45,867 bases of DNA from a virus (lineage: Duplodnaviria; Caudoviricetes), in IMG/VR virus record IMGVR_UViG_3300046000_004867, positions 1 to 45,867 of that record. One strand, given 5' to 3'. Position 1 is the first letter of the stretch, and each line of letters starts with the position of its first letter. The notes under the pieces were generated by a model that was not told the DNA's origin, did not search any database, and worked only from the letters and a program-made list of their open reading frames with translations. Made by a program: the position numbers and the translations under genes. Shown in pieces: positions 9,001 to 18,200 of the stretch.

Positions 9001-10325
9001 ACACCAGGCAGTTGTGCCAGCACCTCGGGCGCCAGCTGGTTCAGCACCTCGGCGTCGACGTAGACATCGGTTGGCGCGCCTTCGGTCTGCGAGGCCATGT
9101 TCTGCACCAAGGTGCGGAACTCCTCGGGGTTGCGCTCGCGCAGCTTGGAGTTGGCGGCAGCCAGCATGGCGGCCTTCAGTTGTTCGGCGCCGGTGTCGGC
9201 TTGGCCTGCGTCGTAGGCGTCGCCCATCAAGCGCTTGGTGGCAGCCTCCACGCCCTTGGCGATCACGACATTGCCGCCGGTGCCCACCATCGTGGCGATC
9301 AGCGTCTGCACGAACGCGTTGGGGCGCTCGGCGATGTAGTCGGCGAACGGCTTCTCGGGGTTGAGCACCGCCCACTCGTTCAGGTCCTGCAGCACCGTGG
9401 CGACCTGCTCGCCCGGGATCTCGAGCGCCATCTGCTTGGCCAGGGTCTTCAGGATGTTGGTGCCGGCCTTCACGTCGCCGATCAGCTGGGCCAGTGGGAT
9501 CTTCTCGGTCGCGTACTCGATTGCTGCCTGGCTTGCTGCGAACGGCAGGGCCTGCGACATCGACAGGCCCTTCTCGCGTGCATCCTGGTAGGACTGGCCG
9601 CCGGTGAGGCTGACCATGCCCGCAAGCGCTGCGGGTTGACCGCCAGGCAGAAACGCGAACGGCAGCATCAAGGTGTTCTGCGTCAGGGACTGGATGCCCG
9701 ACTGGAACCCGCCCGACAACATGCCGTCGGTCTTGGGCGCCGCGGCCTTGGCCGTGCTGCCTGCAGCGTCGGCCTGCATCGCAAAGCCCTCAGCCAGGCG
9801 GCGCAGCGGGTTGCCACCGATCGCGGTGACCGACTCGAGTGGGTCGAGCACGGGCGCCACGAGCTCGAGGCCAGCACGGAACACGCCGGCTGCGCCCTTG
9901 CTTGCGTTGAACACGCCCGCCTTAGCCGAGCCGCCGGTGTCGACAAAGAACTGGCCAACGGTGGCTAACACCCCGCTGTCATCGTGCCCGAGCTTGGCGA
10001 AGTCCTCCGAGCTGTAGGCCTTCTGCAGTACCGGGTTGCCGGCTACATCGCGCTGGATTTTCTGCGCCTGCGCCTGCTGCGTAATGTTAGGAATGGACTG
10101 CGCAGCAAGCGGCGGCAGGCCGAGCGACTCGGCAGCCTTGCGCTGGGTGTTGTATGTATCTGGGTTGACCGCCACGGCACTTGTCAGTTGCGCGGCCATG
10201 GCCTGCTGTCGCTTGCGCTCCTGGTCGGCCAACATATCAAACGTGCTGTCGGTCACCAGCGTGGACGTGCCGGTGGCCCGCTGACGCTCTTGGTTGGCCA
10301 GCGATTGAAAGACGTTGTCATCCAT
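3033..10325 (-). CDS. Giant internal virion/ejection protein (2430 aa), polyvalent: LPD22-like, ART-PolyVal-like ADP-ribosyltransferase and HExxH metallopeptidase-like domains
   Basis: Size and synteny (largest internal-virion gene); PEFQNFFGDSKVVD..GKPLVVYHGT..GFYFS..VMPVYL..GYDGV..QIKSAIGNNG; STVHHEMAH..HEALAEGYE. Confidence 0.85.
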   Translation of the reverse strand: MDDNVFQSLANQERQRATGTSTLVTDSTFDMLADQERKRQQAMAAQLTSAVAVNPDTYNTQRKAAESLGLPPLAAQSIPNITQQAQAQKIQRDVAGNPVLQKAYSSEDFAKLGHDDSGVLATVGQFFVDTGGSAKAGVFNASKGAAGVFRAGLELVAPVLDPLESVTAIGGNPLRRLAEGFAMQADAAGSTAKAAAPKTDGMLSGGFQSGIQSLTQNTLMLPFAFLPGGQPAALAGMVSLTGGQSYQDAREKGLSMSQALPFAASQAAIEYATEKIPLAQLIGDVKAGTNILKTLAKQMALEIPGEQVATVLQDLNEWAVLNPEKPFADYIAERPNAFVQTLIATMVGTGGNVVIAKGVEAATKRLMGDAYDAGQADTGAEQLKAAMLAAANSKLRERNPEEFRTLVQNMASQTEGAPTDVYVDAEVLNQLAPEVLAQLPGVAAQMEAALAANDVVSIPMSDVLTVAPGTPLEAMLVENARIGDPSAMSQAEAKEAGSKAQEFLAQESERVIAQAVDQQAWQASHDAVKQTVLEQLNAVGRFRKEVNEGTATMFAAMYTTIAGERGITPEQAWAEDPITFTDKTGNGAVLNSAVDQTTTPEFQNFFGDSKVVDTEGKPLVVYHGTGESFDTFDINAPKNGVQLYGKGFYFSGESTYASGYARQGNQGGSTSGGNVMPVYLALKNPLTDPEEMAEIRSTVGGFKSAAIAAEIQRRGYDGVAMEVQGKPMYVAFNPAQIKSAIGNNGGFNPNDPNILKQENADLVAQHNLTAANLLHAVKMGGIPVPSLAVTNKAHPLTGFGEITLLAPSEMVDPQGYAASKVFGADIYSPRYPQITYELTPAKLKTLKAQFAEGEKATGATIQLDELEKRGADEMANSAAVMWQFLTEQGVTPNVKTKEGMTPGRLQRLKNFGFEKFFGDTDHQSLMRNDEFQKLVIAEQNDAYIGAGLDDLVVDYEDAKVNDWSRLMALSRNPAYEMAKVGKEAEPDGYATRDALRTQIRGELDTQFAAFVAQKFEALGAKEKIFQGFTDSGNRKYTPHTLENVVKILKKELRGGENFNYGVGSLRAKFTPQFKSLAQIRKAKDRLMDKAAFEAVKTEVDTELEGIADQLGLSLDQAIEVLEDAPKLGAAKAIERALKDYKRSDAPASEEAKVRVAEYLTRLRNLPTEYFEAKILRDVDLAEFKGAVVPEGVDPAVIKALNDRGVTDIRTYTPGSEDDRAAKINEFGHLFFQGPRGTFNPKVFELALNPDANLSTVHHEMAHAYLEILTRIAARPNPPAGLMANLDRFLQWQGIADLDTWNAMSLDQKRPHHEALAEGYEQYLLTGKAPSLELQPLMRKLKAFILNAYTSLKAFFEANPNVEQKLPTEMVQFYDRMLASEEQIKQAEGVAGLLPDEDATAEANEKLTARSLRDLKWSTNALNKEIKALQKQAAELRKGVEAEVRAEIDAMPEFAAKDALAKLKKEGPLADAQMESIAEVYGFTSVDEMLQAIAAVGNKAEVIEGKTDQRMLEEHGDLIDQKAIEQAALEAVHNEARARSLATELRSQAEMLNPRQDTGKTSTNGSKITVNAIVAAAKQFAANVVGRSKVIKLKALAAQHTAAERRAGKRWLEATAAGKTQDAVKAKQDQVLNNAAAKAALEAGNEVAKSIEYLKKFDKESVRKNLPPEYTDQIDKLLERVDLRVSVSGKEIDRRASLAKWIESQNALGIDPIIPEELMENIKLTSYKEMTVDELRDLILTVKHIEHIGRLKSRLLAAKDKREFGIIATEIADAIRANGGTVLPVQLEPDGKIKKFFKGAWADHRKLNSLVHQMDGKDNGFFYRALIAPMNERGTQENVGIEKATEALAKIYAPIEKLPGGISGAKLFIPEIRNSLSRAGRLSVALNWGNAQNRQRIMDGDAWTEAQVNAILATLTPVELQFVNDVWAHIDGYWPDIAAKQLRVSGVVEEKVEAEPFMLTASDGTQVQMRGGYYPIKYDSDRSLKAQKNESKQMAEDIMRGAVLRPTTRRSHTKARVEEVVGRPVRKDLSTITQHVNQVVHDLAWHEWTIDAIRLLNDPRIAGAIREHYGPEIHRAMTDTMEAIAVGNVAQQTSIDTLLLAMRSNVTRSIMGASLTTALMQPFGLTQSMARIGVMPVLKGAARWGGDAMRMENTVRWIQEKSEFMRLRGKTFNRELREISQRVNGKSKVMQIVDTSLFMLMQKMQMVADVPTWVGAYEKALAGGVDDDTAIALADEAVLASQGGGDTKDLSSVQRNLPFLTQFYSYFNTTLQLNIEATVRTDFKNPRAVAGWLGDMALLNVIPAILPALLTYALKGGDDDDPEKWAKRLAGWQASYLLGMFVGLRELPAVWSPFDYQGPPAGKLVNDGKRLVQQAGQGEIDDAAVLATIGFLGTALGLPTTQLVRSYKGWKAWDEGNAPATAVLFGPPPKD

Positions 10326-12073
10326 TATTCGGTTCCGATCAGTGAGGCGGCGCCTGCCGACTTCTTGGTGGCTAGGTAGCGTTTGAGGTTGATCTCGGTG
10401 GGGGCGTACAGCGGGTTCTGGCCGATGGCGTAGAGCTGCTGCATCTCAGATGCAAGCACTGGTCGCTCGGCCGCCGGCACGACGATGTTCTCGAGGTCCT
10501 TGCTGCTGAGTTGAACAACTGGCACTTGTCTTTCAGAAGAAAAGAATCCAGCGTCGACGGTGACCTTGCGTGTCATCTCTTGCACCATGAGGTCGGCCTT
10601 CTCTTGCCGTGTGAGCGTCTTCTTTCCATCGCGCTGGCGCTGGTCTATGAGGCGCTCGACACGGAATTTAAGATCGCCCAGCGCGGCCTTCTGCGCAGGA
10701 GAGCGCGTGTTGTAGGGGTCGAGCTTCAGTTGCTCGGCCACATGGTTGAACTCTTCCGTATCCATCTTCGCCTCGGCCACGGCACCCGGCTTTTGCAGTT
10801 GGTCGTAGCGGTTGAGCAGCTGCTGCGTAGCCTCGAAGCCAAACTCGGTGCGCATCGCCTGCACCTGCGCGCGGGTCTTCTTTACCAGGGTCTCTGGGTC
10901 AGTCGCCGCCAGGTATCCTTCGGCGTTGCTCAGGAGCAGGCGCTTTTCGCTGCGCTGGTCGTTGGCGAGCGCACGGGTAGCGCGTGCCGCTTCTCTGGAT
11001 TCCTGGGTGGCGGCGCGGGATTCTTGCTGCGCCTCGATGCGGTCGCGCTCGACCGCCGGCAACGCGGCCCAGGCTTCAGAGCGTTTGGCTTTGGACAGTG
11101 ACCCGCCAGGGGCATCCAGTACCGCGTACACCCCGTTGGTGTTTGCCGCGTTGAACTCTTTCTGGCTTTCATCCCAGGCTTGCTTGCGCTCGCGCAGTGC
11201 AGCGATGCCAGCCTTTTGCCGGGAGGGATCGTTCTTGAACTGCTCGCGGACCTGGGTCTCCATGGCCGACAGATCGACCGGGTTGTTGTAGCCGGGCTTG
11301 ACCATCGCGCTCCAAATCGAACCCGCAGCGCCTTCACCGTCGGTGATCGCCGACACTTGGTTTATGCGACCACTGATCTCGTCCCATTGAGTTGGGTCGA
11401 TGCCGCTCTCTTTGTGGGTGTTGAAATAGACTTCGGCGGCCTTGGGGTCGCGCTGCATCAGTTGGTTGATCTGCGTGGCGTGCGCGCCTGTGGTGACCTT
11501 CAACGCGGCTGCGTCCCCGTCCAGGCCACGGGCTTTGTAGAACGCACGGACCTGCGCAGCGGCTTGGTCAAGGATCACCGGGCCGGCGTCGGGGCCGAGC
11601 TTGATCGACTGCTTGACCAGGCCGTTAACCGAAGCACCAAGTGCGCTAGTGGCGCCGATCTCCCGTTGCTGGGTCTCGTAGTCCGAGGCCGAGCGCAAGG
11701 TGGTGTTGCGCACGGTGGCCAGGCTCTTGCCAATGGCCTGCTGCGCGCGCGGGGATAGGGTGTCGGTGTAGGTCTCTTTGGCCTTGGTCCACCACTCGTC
11801 GACCTTGGCGCGGTAGCCCTTGGCGTTGACGCCCTGGCTTGCGGTGCGGGTCTCGCTGTCCCACTTGTCGAAGTCGTCTGCGATCTTGGCTTGCGCGGTG
11901 AGGGCCTCAGTCTCCGCATCGCGTGTGACGATACGGTCCGCTACCTCGCTTGCTTGGCCAAGCCCCTGCGCAAGCGCGCGGGTGCCAGAGCTCACGTCGA
12001 CGTTGTTCTGGTAGTTGGGCTGGACGACCTGGCGCGCGACTTGCGGGCCGTTGTAGGTTGGGACGATGGGCAT
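10325..12073 (-). CDS. Internal virion (ejection) protein
   Basis: 582-aa helical Ala/Gln-rich ORF between the small and giant ejection genes; MPIVPTY start typical of this position. Confidence 0.7.
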   Translation of the reverse strand: MPIVPTYNGPQVARQVVQPNYQNNVDVSSGTRALAQGLGQASEVADRIVTRDAETEALTAQAKIADDFDKWDSETRTASQGVNAKGYRAKVDEWWTKAKETYTDTLSPRAQQAIGKSLATVRNTTLRSASDYETQQREIGATSALGASVNGLVKQSIKLGPDAGPVILDQAAAQVRAFYKARGLDGDAAALKVTTGAHATQINQLMQRDPKAAEVYFNTHKESGIDPTQWDEISGRINQVSAITDGEGAAGSIWSAMVKPGYNNPVDLSAMETQVREQFKNDPSRQKAGIAALRERKQAWDESQKEFNAANTNGVYAVLDAPGGSLSKAKRSEAWAALPAVERDRIEAQQESRAATQESREAARATRALANDQRSEKRLLLSNAEGYLAATDPETLVKKTRAQVQAMRTEFGFEATQQLLNRYDQLQKPGAVAEAKMDTEEFNHVAEQLKLDPYNTRSPAQKAALGDLKFRVERLIDQRQRDGKKTLTRQEKADLMVQEMTRKVTVDAGFFSSERQVPVVQLSSKDLENIVVPAAERPVLASEMQQLYAIGQNPLYAPTEINLKRYLATKKSAGAASLIGTE

Positions 12074-12085
12074 GACTTACGTTTC

Positions 12086-12583
12086 CTATTTCGGATACCA
12101 CTTGTCCGCGACGGTGCCAGCACCGCCGATCAGACTGCCCGCGGCCGACATGTTGCCGTTGTAGGCAGCAGCGGCACCCTGGCTGCGGAAGTCCTGCGCC
12201 TGGGATGTGCCGCGCCAGGCAGCGCCTCGCGCGTTGGTGCGCGCGGTGGCGGCGTCACTCTGTGCAAAGAAGTCGGTTTGATCTTGCAGGTCGGCGGCGG
12301 TGCCGTAGCCCAGGTCCAGGCCGTGGGCTGCGAGGCCCACGCGCTGGCTGCTCTTGAGTGCTGCGGCCTTGCGTTGGATCGCTTGCGCGTCCTCCTCGCC
12401 CTTGGCCTGCGCGTCGGTGGCTGCGTACTCGGCCATCTTGGCGTTGTTGTTGGCGATCTGCTGGGTGGCGCTCGCCTGGTCCATCGCGCTCTTGGCCGAC
12501 AACGCGGTGGAGGCCAGCGCAGTGCCTGCCATAAATGTCTGCATGCCGGTCATGAGGCCGACTGCTGCAATTGGAACGCACAT
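12086..12583 (-). CDS. Small internal virion protein (T7 gp14-like position)
   Basis: MC-start hydrophobic N-terminus, Ala/Gln-rich, synteny. Confidence 0.75.
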   Translation of the reverse strand: MCVPIAAVGLMTGMQTFMAGTALASTALSAKSAMDQASATQQIANNNAKMAEYAATDAQAKGEEDAQAIQRKAAALKSSQRVGLAAHGLDLGYGTAADLQDQTDFFAQSDAATARTNARGAAWRGTSQAQDFRSQGAAAAYNGNMSAAGSLIGGAGTVADKWYPK

Positions 12584-12585
12584 AT

Positions 12586-13047
12586 TCAGGCCTTCATTTC
12601 AAAACGGTGAAAAGGCTCCCCCAGGGCGCCGAACGGGGCCGCTTCGCGCAGGGTGAACCCGATCCGGCGCAGCCAGCGCTTGCTGGTGGTGTTGTGCGTG
12701 TGGACGTGATTTACCAAGTGCGGAAAGGCCTTGAGCATCTCGGCAATGTAACGGGGGGTTGCGCGCACAAGGACACGGGCGTGGGCATCAAGCACGGGGG
12801 TGCCGAGCATCCAGGGCGAGCCGATGCCGCTCACGATCGAGATCGGTGCGCAGCCCAGGATGGCTGCGAGCTCGCCATCGATGAACGCCGTCCAGCAAAG
12901 CAAGGACTGTGCCACGCTCTGCTCGACCGCCCACTCGAGGTCGAAGTGGCCGTAAGCGTGCACCTCGGCCGCGTCACTTGCGCGCATGTTCTCGGCCAGG
13001 ATCTGTGCGTCCCCGGCCTGCGTGCGCCGGATCAGGACGTCAGCCAC
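12586..13047 (-). CDS. GNAT-fold virion assembly protein (T7 gp13-like)
   Basis: MRASDAAEV..PWMLGT..NHVHTHNTTSKRWLRRIGF acetyltransferase-like motifs; synteny after nozzle. Confidence 0.75.
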   Translation of the reverse strand: MADVLIRRTQAGDAQILAENMRASDAAEVHAYGHFDLEWAVEQSVAQSLLCWTAFIDGELAAILGCAPISIVSGIGSPWMLGTPVLDAHARVLVRATPRYIAEMLKAFPHLVNHVHTHNTTSKRWLRRIGFTLREAAPFGALGEPFHRFEMKA

Positions 13048-15289
13048 CGTTCTGCAGTTCCAGTGTCATCGACAGCACGGTGAGCGGGACGGGTGCGTCC
13101 TGGCGGATGCACAGCGCTGCGTCCGTGTTCCAGCTCGGGTCGATCGACAGTGAGAGCTCGCCATCGCGCAGCGCGGGCGGGGAGCCGTAGGGGTCGGTGA
13201 CGGCGCGGGCCGGGTACTCGCGCAGGCGATCGAACGTGGGGCCCGCTTTGAGCAGCGAGGACTGGCTCACCCGCAGGTGCACCTTGCTCACGTTCTTCAT
13301 CAAGCCTTGCCCTGAAGCGCCGATAGTTTTGGAACCCTCGATCGCAAGTGGGAGCGTGCGCAGGTCGGCCACGATGTTGAGCCCGATGTGGATCTTGCTG
13401 GCCGCGGTGGTGAGCGTGATGGCGCCACCGGTGACGACCTGGGTGGGCTCCACGGCGCCGTCGGCCAGGATGTCGACCGTGCGGCCCTCGAGGTGGTAGA
13501 GCCCGCTGACCGTGGTCGTGGGCGCGCCGTCGTAGGTGAGGCCGGAGTCGACGAAGAACGCATCCTCGAGCGCGGTCAGCATGCGGGTGCGCAGGCGCTC
13601 GATGTAGCGCACGGTGCGACCGTTGACGGTGCGCAGCGCGATCGCGTAGAGCACGTCCTCGTTGCCCTCGGCCACCACGCACACCGACTCGAACGTACCG
13701 AGCGTGTCGTGCGCGTGCCAGCCGTAAACGCGCTGTTCTGGGACATACGTCATGCCGAGCAGAACGCCGTCGTTGCGCACGGCCCAGAGCGTGGGCTCAG
13801 GTGCGCGCGTGTAGGCCAGCTGACTCACGGTGAACCCGTTGAACCGGTGCGGCGCCATGATCGACACGTCGACGGACTTGTACCCGTAGTTGGCTGACTC
13901 CCCTCCATAGGCAAGCTCGCGGATGCGGGAGCCCTGCGCCTGCACGTAGAGCACGCTCCCTGAGCTCACCACCGGCTGCACGTTGGAGGCCCCGGCGTAG
14001 CCTTGGGGTTTGATGGATACCGAGCTTGGGGTGATGGCGGGCGCACCATCCGCGAACATGCGGAACTCACCACCTGCGGTGAGCGCTATCAGGTCGGACA
14101 GAGGCACCAGGTGCCGGATCTGGTTGTTCTGCGCCGAGGCGATGCGCAGCTCCAACCCATCGGCATCGCGCGAGGGCAGGCTCGAGGTGAGGTTGGATTC
14201 GGTGCCGGTGCGTGTGGCCCACACCACCTGGGGCTTGGCCGTGGTGCCTGCGAACCAGCGACGCTGCTCGTGGTAGGTGGTGGCGGTCGGGTAGTCCCCT
14301 GCCCCGCTGTTCAGATCGATGATGTCCTCGGGTGGGGACTGCTGCGTGTCGGGCAGGATGTTCTCATCCGTCGCCGAGAGGCTGGTGGTCTGGCCCATGT
14401 AGCCAAAGCCGCCGCCGCGTCGCTTGTAGACGTTGTAGCGGGAGGCGCCGGCCACCGCCACCCAGGTCACGGTGTTGTAGTTGCCTGCAATCGAGAGGTC
14501 GTTGGACACCGTGGTGCTGGTGCTGGCGAGCGACTCGGTGACGGAGTCGGAAGCGATCGTGGTGACGCAGTATTCCTGCGGGGAGGGCTTGCCGACGGTA
14601 GCGACCGTGGCCACCACGGTGGGTGCTCCAGGCGCCGTGACGGTGGGTGCGAACGACACGTCGGTGATCGTCCAGTTGGTGGCGCCCAGGCGCTTGAGCT
14701 CCCGCGCGGGGTAGCTTGGGTGCGTGATCGTGATCACGTCCGCGCTCTGCGTGAAGTGCAGGTCGAACAGGTCGGCTGCGGCGTAGGTGGTCGTGAGCGT
14801 GTAGGCACGTGCGCTGGTCGTGCCCGAAGCGGTGGTGGCCGCGCCCCACAGGTCGGTGGTGGTGAACGCGTTGGCGCCGGTGACCGTGGCCTTGTGCCAG
14901 CGCGAGCCGATGTAGACCCAGTCGCCGGTGCTGTAGCCGTGGGCTGGAGTGGTCGTGACGGTCGAGCCCACGATCGAGGCGATCGCCTTGGTCGATTCGA
15001 TCAACGTGCCGCCAGCGATGTGAAAGCGCAGGTACAGGTTGCCGAACTCGAGCACGGCGGTCTGGCTGGCGCTGAACGCGAACGGCATCAGGCGCACGGC
15101 CTGGGTGCTGTCCTTGGCCTCGTTCACGAACTCGAACCCCGAACGGCGCGCGGCGGGCCCGTGCGGGAGCGTGACGAAGTTGCGGCACAAGCTCAAGCCG
15201 GTGGCGTAGGTTGTGAGGTCAAGGCGCCCGGCCAGTTCGGGGGTTATTTCCCCGGCGGCAAAGCTCTTGAGCAGCAGCTTGGTGCTCAT
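13040..15289 (-). CDS. Tail tubular protein B (nozzle)
   Basis: SFAAGEITPELAGRLD..NFVTLPHGPAARRSG N-terminus; beta-propeller-like 749 aa. Confidence 0.9.
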   Translation of the reverse strand: MSTKLLLKSFAAGEITPELAGRLDLTTYATGLSLCRNFVTLPHGPAARRSGFEFVNEAKDSTQAVRLMPFAFSASQTAVLEFGNLYLRFHIAGGTLIESTKAIASIVGSTVTTTPAHGYSTGDWVYIGSRWHKATVTGANAFTTTDLWGAATTASGTTSARAYTLTTTYAAADLFDLHFTQSADVITITHPSYPARELKRLGATNWTITDVSFAPTVTAPGAPTVVATVATVGKPSPQEYCVTTIASDSVTESLASTSTTVSNDLSIAGNYNTVTWVAVAGASRYNVYKRRGGGFGYMGQTTSLSATDENILPDTQQSPPEDIIDLNSGAGDYPTATTYHEQRRWFAGTTAKPQVVWATRTGTESNLTSSLPSRDADGLELRIASAQNNQIRHLVPLSDLIALTAGGEFRMFADGAPAITPSSVSIKPQGYAGASNVQPVVSSGSVLYVQAQGSRIRELAYGGESANYGYKSVDVSIMAPHRFNGFTVSQLAYTRAPEPTLWAVRNDGVLLGMTYVPEQRVYGWHAHDTLGTFESVCVVAEGNEDVLYAIALRTVNGRTVRYIERLRTRMLTALEDAFFVDSGLTYDGAPTTTVSGLYHLEGRTVDILADGAVEPTQVVTGGAITLTTAASKIHIGLNIVADLRTLPLAIEGSKTIGASGQGLMKNVSKVHLRVSQSSLLKAGPTFDRLREYPARAVTDPYGSPPALRDGELSLSIDPSWNTDAALCIRQDAPVPLTVLSMTLELQNGG

Positions 15290-15918
15290 GCCCGGGCCAC
15301 CAGTTGGGAGGCCATGAACGCGTGCTCGGATTGGCTCGCGTTGGCGCTGGCGGTGGAGGAGATGTCGGCCAGGGCCATCGCGCGCTGGCGCATGGCGTCG
15401 CCCAGCTTCAGACCCTCGTTGCCCTTGACGATGGGCCCGGCGACGTAGGCTCCGAGCAGGTAGCTCAGGCTCGCGTTGAAGCTCGCAGTGAACTTGGTGG
15501 TGTCGGTGACATCGCGCACGTACACGAGCACGGCATCGGGCTTGTTGGTGTAGAGCACGTCGCCCTCAATGTCGTAGTCGGCGCCGCTCTGGTCGTTGGG
15601 GTTGAACTCGGCGTCGTCCTGGGTGAACACGGTGAGCGTGGTGCCCGCGCGCAGCACGCGCTTCGGTGCCAGGCAGTCAGAGGGTTTGGTGTAGGCGTGG
15701 GCCCAGGCGGTGCTGACGTTGGGGATCTCGGCGAGCGCCTGGCGCTTGAGCGAGAACGCCCAGTTGCCGGGCTCGAGCAGTTCGGTGCGGGCCTGGTCGT
15801 AGAACGTGGCGCAGTGGCCCGCCTCCACACTGCCGTCGGGTGGGCTGATGCTCGAGACGCGGGCGTCTGAGCCGATGTGGCTCAAGGCCATGTTGCAGAT
15901 TTGCGCGACTGATGCCAT
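15286..15918 (-). CDS. Tail tubular protein A (adaptor)
   Basis: SVAQICNMALSHIG..WAFSLKR..YTKPSDCL motifs; directly upstream of nozzle. Confidence 0.88.
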   Translation of the reverse strand: MASVAQICNMALSHIGSDARVSSISPPDGSVEAGHCATFYDQARTELLEPGNWAFSLKRQALAEIPNVSTAWAHAYTKPSDCLAPKRVLRAGTTLTVFTQDDAEFNPNDQSGADYDIEGDVLYTNKPDAVLVYVRDVTDTTKFTASFNASLSYLLGAYVAGPIVKGNEGLKLGDAMRQRAMALADISSTASANASQSEHAFMASQLVARA

Positions 15919-15938
15919 GGGGTTCTCCGGTGGCGGTC

Positions 15939-15970
15939 AGTGTAGGTGTGGGGTGCTAGGTCACGGACAC
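15939..15970 (-). promoter_or_regulatory. Late promoter motif copy (tail operon): GTGTCCGTG-N17-TACACT
   Basis: Repeated intergenic motif. Confidence 0.8.
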
Positions 15971-15971
15971 G

Positions 15972-16451
15972 TCAGCGCCTGCGCAGCCAGGTCAGGTTTC
16001 CGTTCGTGCCGGTGAACTCGGTGCCGGTGGGGCCGTAGACCAAACCTAAGCGCACGTCCGACGGGTCGGGGAAGATGTGGGATCGGGTGACGAGCGCGAG
16101 CGCGCCAGAGAGCGTGTACCTACCACCGGCTGCGGTGAGCTTGCGGTTGCGGTAAAGGGTGGCGCTGGCGCCGGTGAGCGCGTAGCTGCCGCCTTGGGCT
16201 GCGAGCACGCGGTTGCGCGCGAGCATGGCCTGCTGCCCGGCGAGCGCGTAGGCACCGCCCGAGGCGGTGAGGACTTTGGATTTGAGCAGCGTTGCATCTT
16301 GCCCGGCCAGGACGTAGCTGCCGCCCTGCGCGGTGAGCGCGCGGTTGCGGGCGATTGTGGCCGATTGACCGGTGAGGGCGTAGGCGCCGCCCTGCGCTGT
16401 GAGGGTGTAGGCGCCCCCGCCGCCGCCCAGAAGCGCAAGCAGCAGGGACAT
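15972..16451 (-). CDS. Virion-associated protein with five 22-aa tandem repeats
   Basis: Repeat consensus LTAQGGxYxLxGQxAxLxRxR x5. Confidence 0.7.
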   Translation of the reverse strand: MSLLLALLGGGGGAYTLTAQGGAYALTGQSATIARNRALTAQGGSYVLAGQDATLLKSKVLTASGGAYALAGQQAMLARNRVLAAQGGSYALTGASATLYRNRKLTAAGGRYTLSGALALVTRSHIFPDPSDVRLGLVYGPTGTEFTGTNGNLTWLRRR

Positions 16452-16454
16452 TTA

Positions 16455-17912
16455 TTACTCCCAGTAGCTGTCGAACGCCGCCGTGATCGTTATGGCCCCG
16501 GTGGTTGTCACCACGCCGATATTGCGGGCGACGATTGCGACAAACTCGCCGGGACGCACCACAATCGGGTTTGCCAGTTGCAGCGTAGGCCCTACGCCTG
16601 ATGTGCCCAAAGTGCCGACGGCAGCGGTGGCCGCATACGACTCCATGCCGATAGGTACGATGCGCGGTGCGTGGGTGGTTGCCGTAACGAATGAGCCCGT
16701 CTCAGCCGTAGCCAAGCTGACGTTGGTGTGACCGAAGGCCACCGCGTAGGCGTAGACCACCGGCCCACCGGCAAGGATGACCGACACAGCGCCTTGAACC
16801 TTGACGCCACGGATCACCAGATTGCGCCCGGTGATGTTGATCGTGGGGGCCGGGTTCTGGTAGGAGAACACGATGCCATCAGAGGCTGCGGCCAGCGTTG
16901 GCAGGACCGCTGCGATACCGCCCAGGCCCGTGAACGCGGCGGTAGTGTTGGTGAGCACCACCGCAGTCGGTGCGGTGTTGTTGGCCCAAATCGTGGTCTT
17001 GCCCTGGGTGTGGCCGTTCTGGCCGACGAAGCCAGACTTGCCAGCCAATGAACGCGCGACGCCCCAGTCCTTGTTGGTCTGGATGTCGATCTGCGAACAA
17101 GTCACATCAGACACGCGCATGGTGTTGGTGTTCGAGACCGTGCCCGTGCAGAGCTTCTGGAGGAACACAGGCAGCGCGCCTTGCAGGTAGGGCTGGGAGG
17201 TTGACAGTGGGATCGTCACCTCGCCCAGCAGAACATCCTCTTTCCACACTTCGACTTCAGAGTTGCCGATGACGAGGCAGTAGTGGTACAGGCTGCCGAC
17301 TGCGAGCGCGGAGTTCAGTTCCAGCACGCCAGACTGCGTGGTGGTGCCGTTGTAGCGCAGCACAAGAATCGTGCCGGCTGCGGTGAACTGGAGCCACAAG
17401 CCGTCTGTCGGCTCCGTGCCTGCAACGCTTACGTTGCCGATACCAGCCAAGAAGACCTCGTTGGCCACAAGGGCTGCGGTGAATTGACCGACGTGGAACT
17501 CGACGGCAAGACCGGACGCGCCGAACAGCGGCATGTACTGGAAGCTGCGCATGAATGCGCCATGGGTCGCAGCAGTGCCCTGCACCGTGCCGAAGTTCAG
17601 TGTGCCGGCGCCGGGCATCGTGGCCGTGAGCGTGGCCGCGGCATAGGCCCACTTGGTCGTGTTCTGCGTCAGGCCGTTAAATGTATCGTCCAGGATGATC
17701 GTGTCCATACCAACGCGCAGACGGTAATCGCTGCTGGTCTCGGGGGACTTTAGGTACGGCGTGCCGGTCACTACGCCGGGGTCATTCTCGGAGAACATGC
17801 GCACAGCGCCCACACCGGCGGGGGCCGCAGCGGCATCACCGGTGAATACGGGAACACCGTTGGCGGTGGTGGCAATCGAGGTGCCGTCTTTTCCGATCAG
17901 GGAAGCGCTCAT
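16455..17912 (-). CDS. Beta-rich putative structural/fibre protein (485 aa)
   Basis: Thr/Gly/Ala/Val-rich ORF inside the head-tail operon. Confidence 0.6.
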   Translation of the reverse strand: MSASLIGKDGTSIATTANGVPVFTGDAAAAPAGVGAVRMFSENDPGVVTGTPYLKSPETSSDYRLRVGMDTIILDDTFNGLTQNTTKWAYAAATLTATMPGAGTLNFGTVQGTAATHGAFMRSFQYMPLFGASGLAVEFHVGQFTAALVANEVFLAGIGNVSVAGTEPTDGLWLQFTAAGTILVLRYNGTTTQSGVLELNSALAVGSLYHYCLVIGNSEVEVWKEDVLLGEVTIPLSTSQPYLQGALPVFLQKLCTGTVSNTNTMRVSDVTCSQIDIQTNKDWGVARSLAGKSGFVGQNGHTQGKTTIWANNTAPTAVVLTNTTAAFTGLGGIAAVLPTLAAASDGIVFSYQNPAPTINITGRNLVIRGVKVQGAVSVILAGGPVVYAYAVAFGHTNVSLATAETGSFVTATTHAPRIVPIGMESYAATAAVGTLGTSGVGPTLQLANPIVVRPGEFVAIVARNIGVVTTTGAITITAAFDSYWE

Positions 17913-17921
17913 GATTTTCCT

Positions 17922-18197
17922 TTAATTCCAGACCCAGCCGATGTTGAAAACACCATGTGCTACGCCTGTCTTGCAGTTGACGGTGATGGTGAAGCCCGTG
18001 CCAGCCACGACGCTTCCTGCGGTTACTTGGAGGTCGTCAAACCAGTGGTTGTCGGCCGTGTTGTTGCTGGTGTTGGTGGGGAACAGCCATGCTTCGCACA
18101 GGCTCCCAACCAGGATGCCGGTCTGGCCTGTGACATCCACTTGGACGCTGGTCTCCCGAGCGCCGAAGTCAACGGTGGTGGTTCCCGAAGCGGACAT
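17922..18197 (-). CDS. Small beta-rich putative structural protein
   Basis: Tightly packed in late operon. Confidence 0.6.
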   Translation of the reverse strand: MSASGTTTVDFGARETSVQVDVTGQTGILVGSLCEAWLFPTNTSNNTADNHWFDDLQVTAGSVVAGTGFTITVNCKTGVAHGVFNIGWVWN

Positions 18198-18200
18198 GGC

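Noticed and set aside
2916-9968. Very long plus-strand ORFs (931, 850, 405 aa) opposite the giant gene, and similar ones opposite nozzle and capsid genes
   Set aside because: Antisense shadows expected from strong GC codon bias; no recognisable motifs or translation signals
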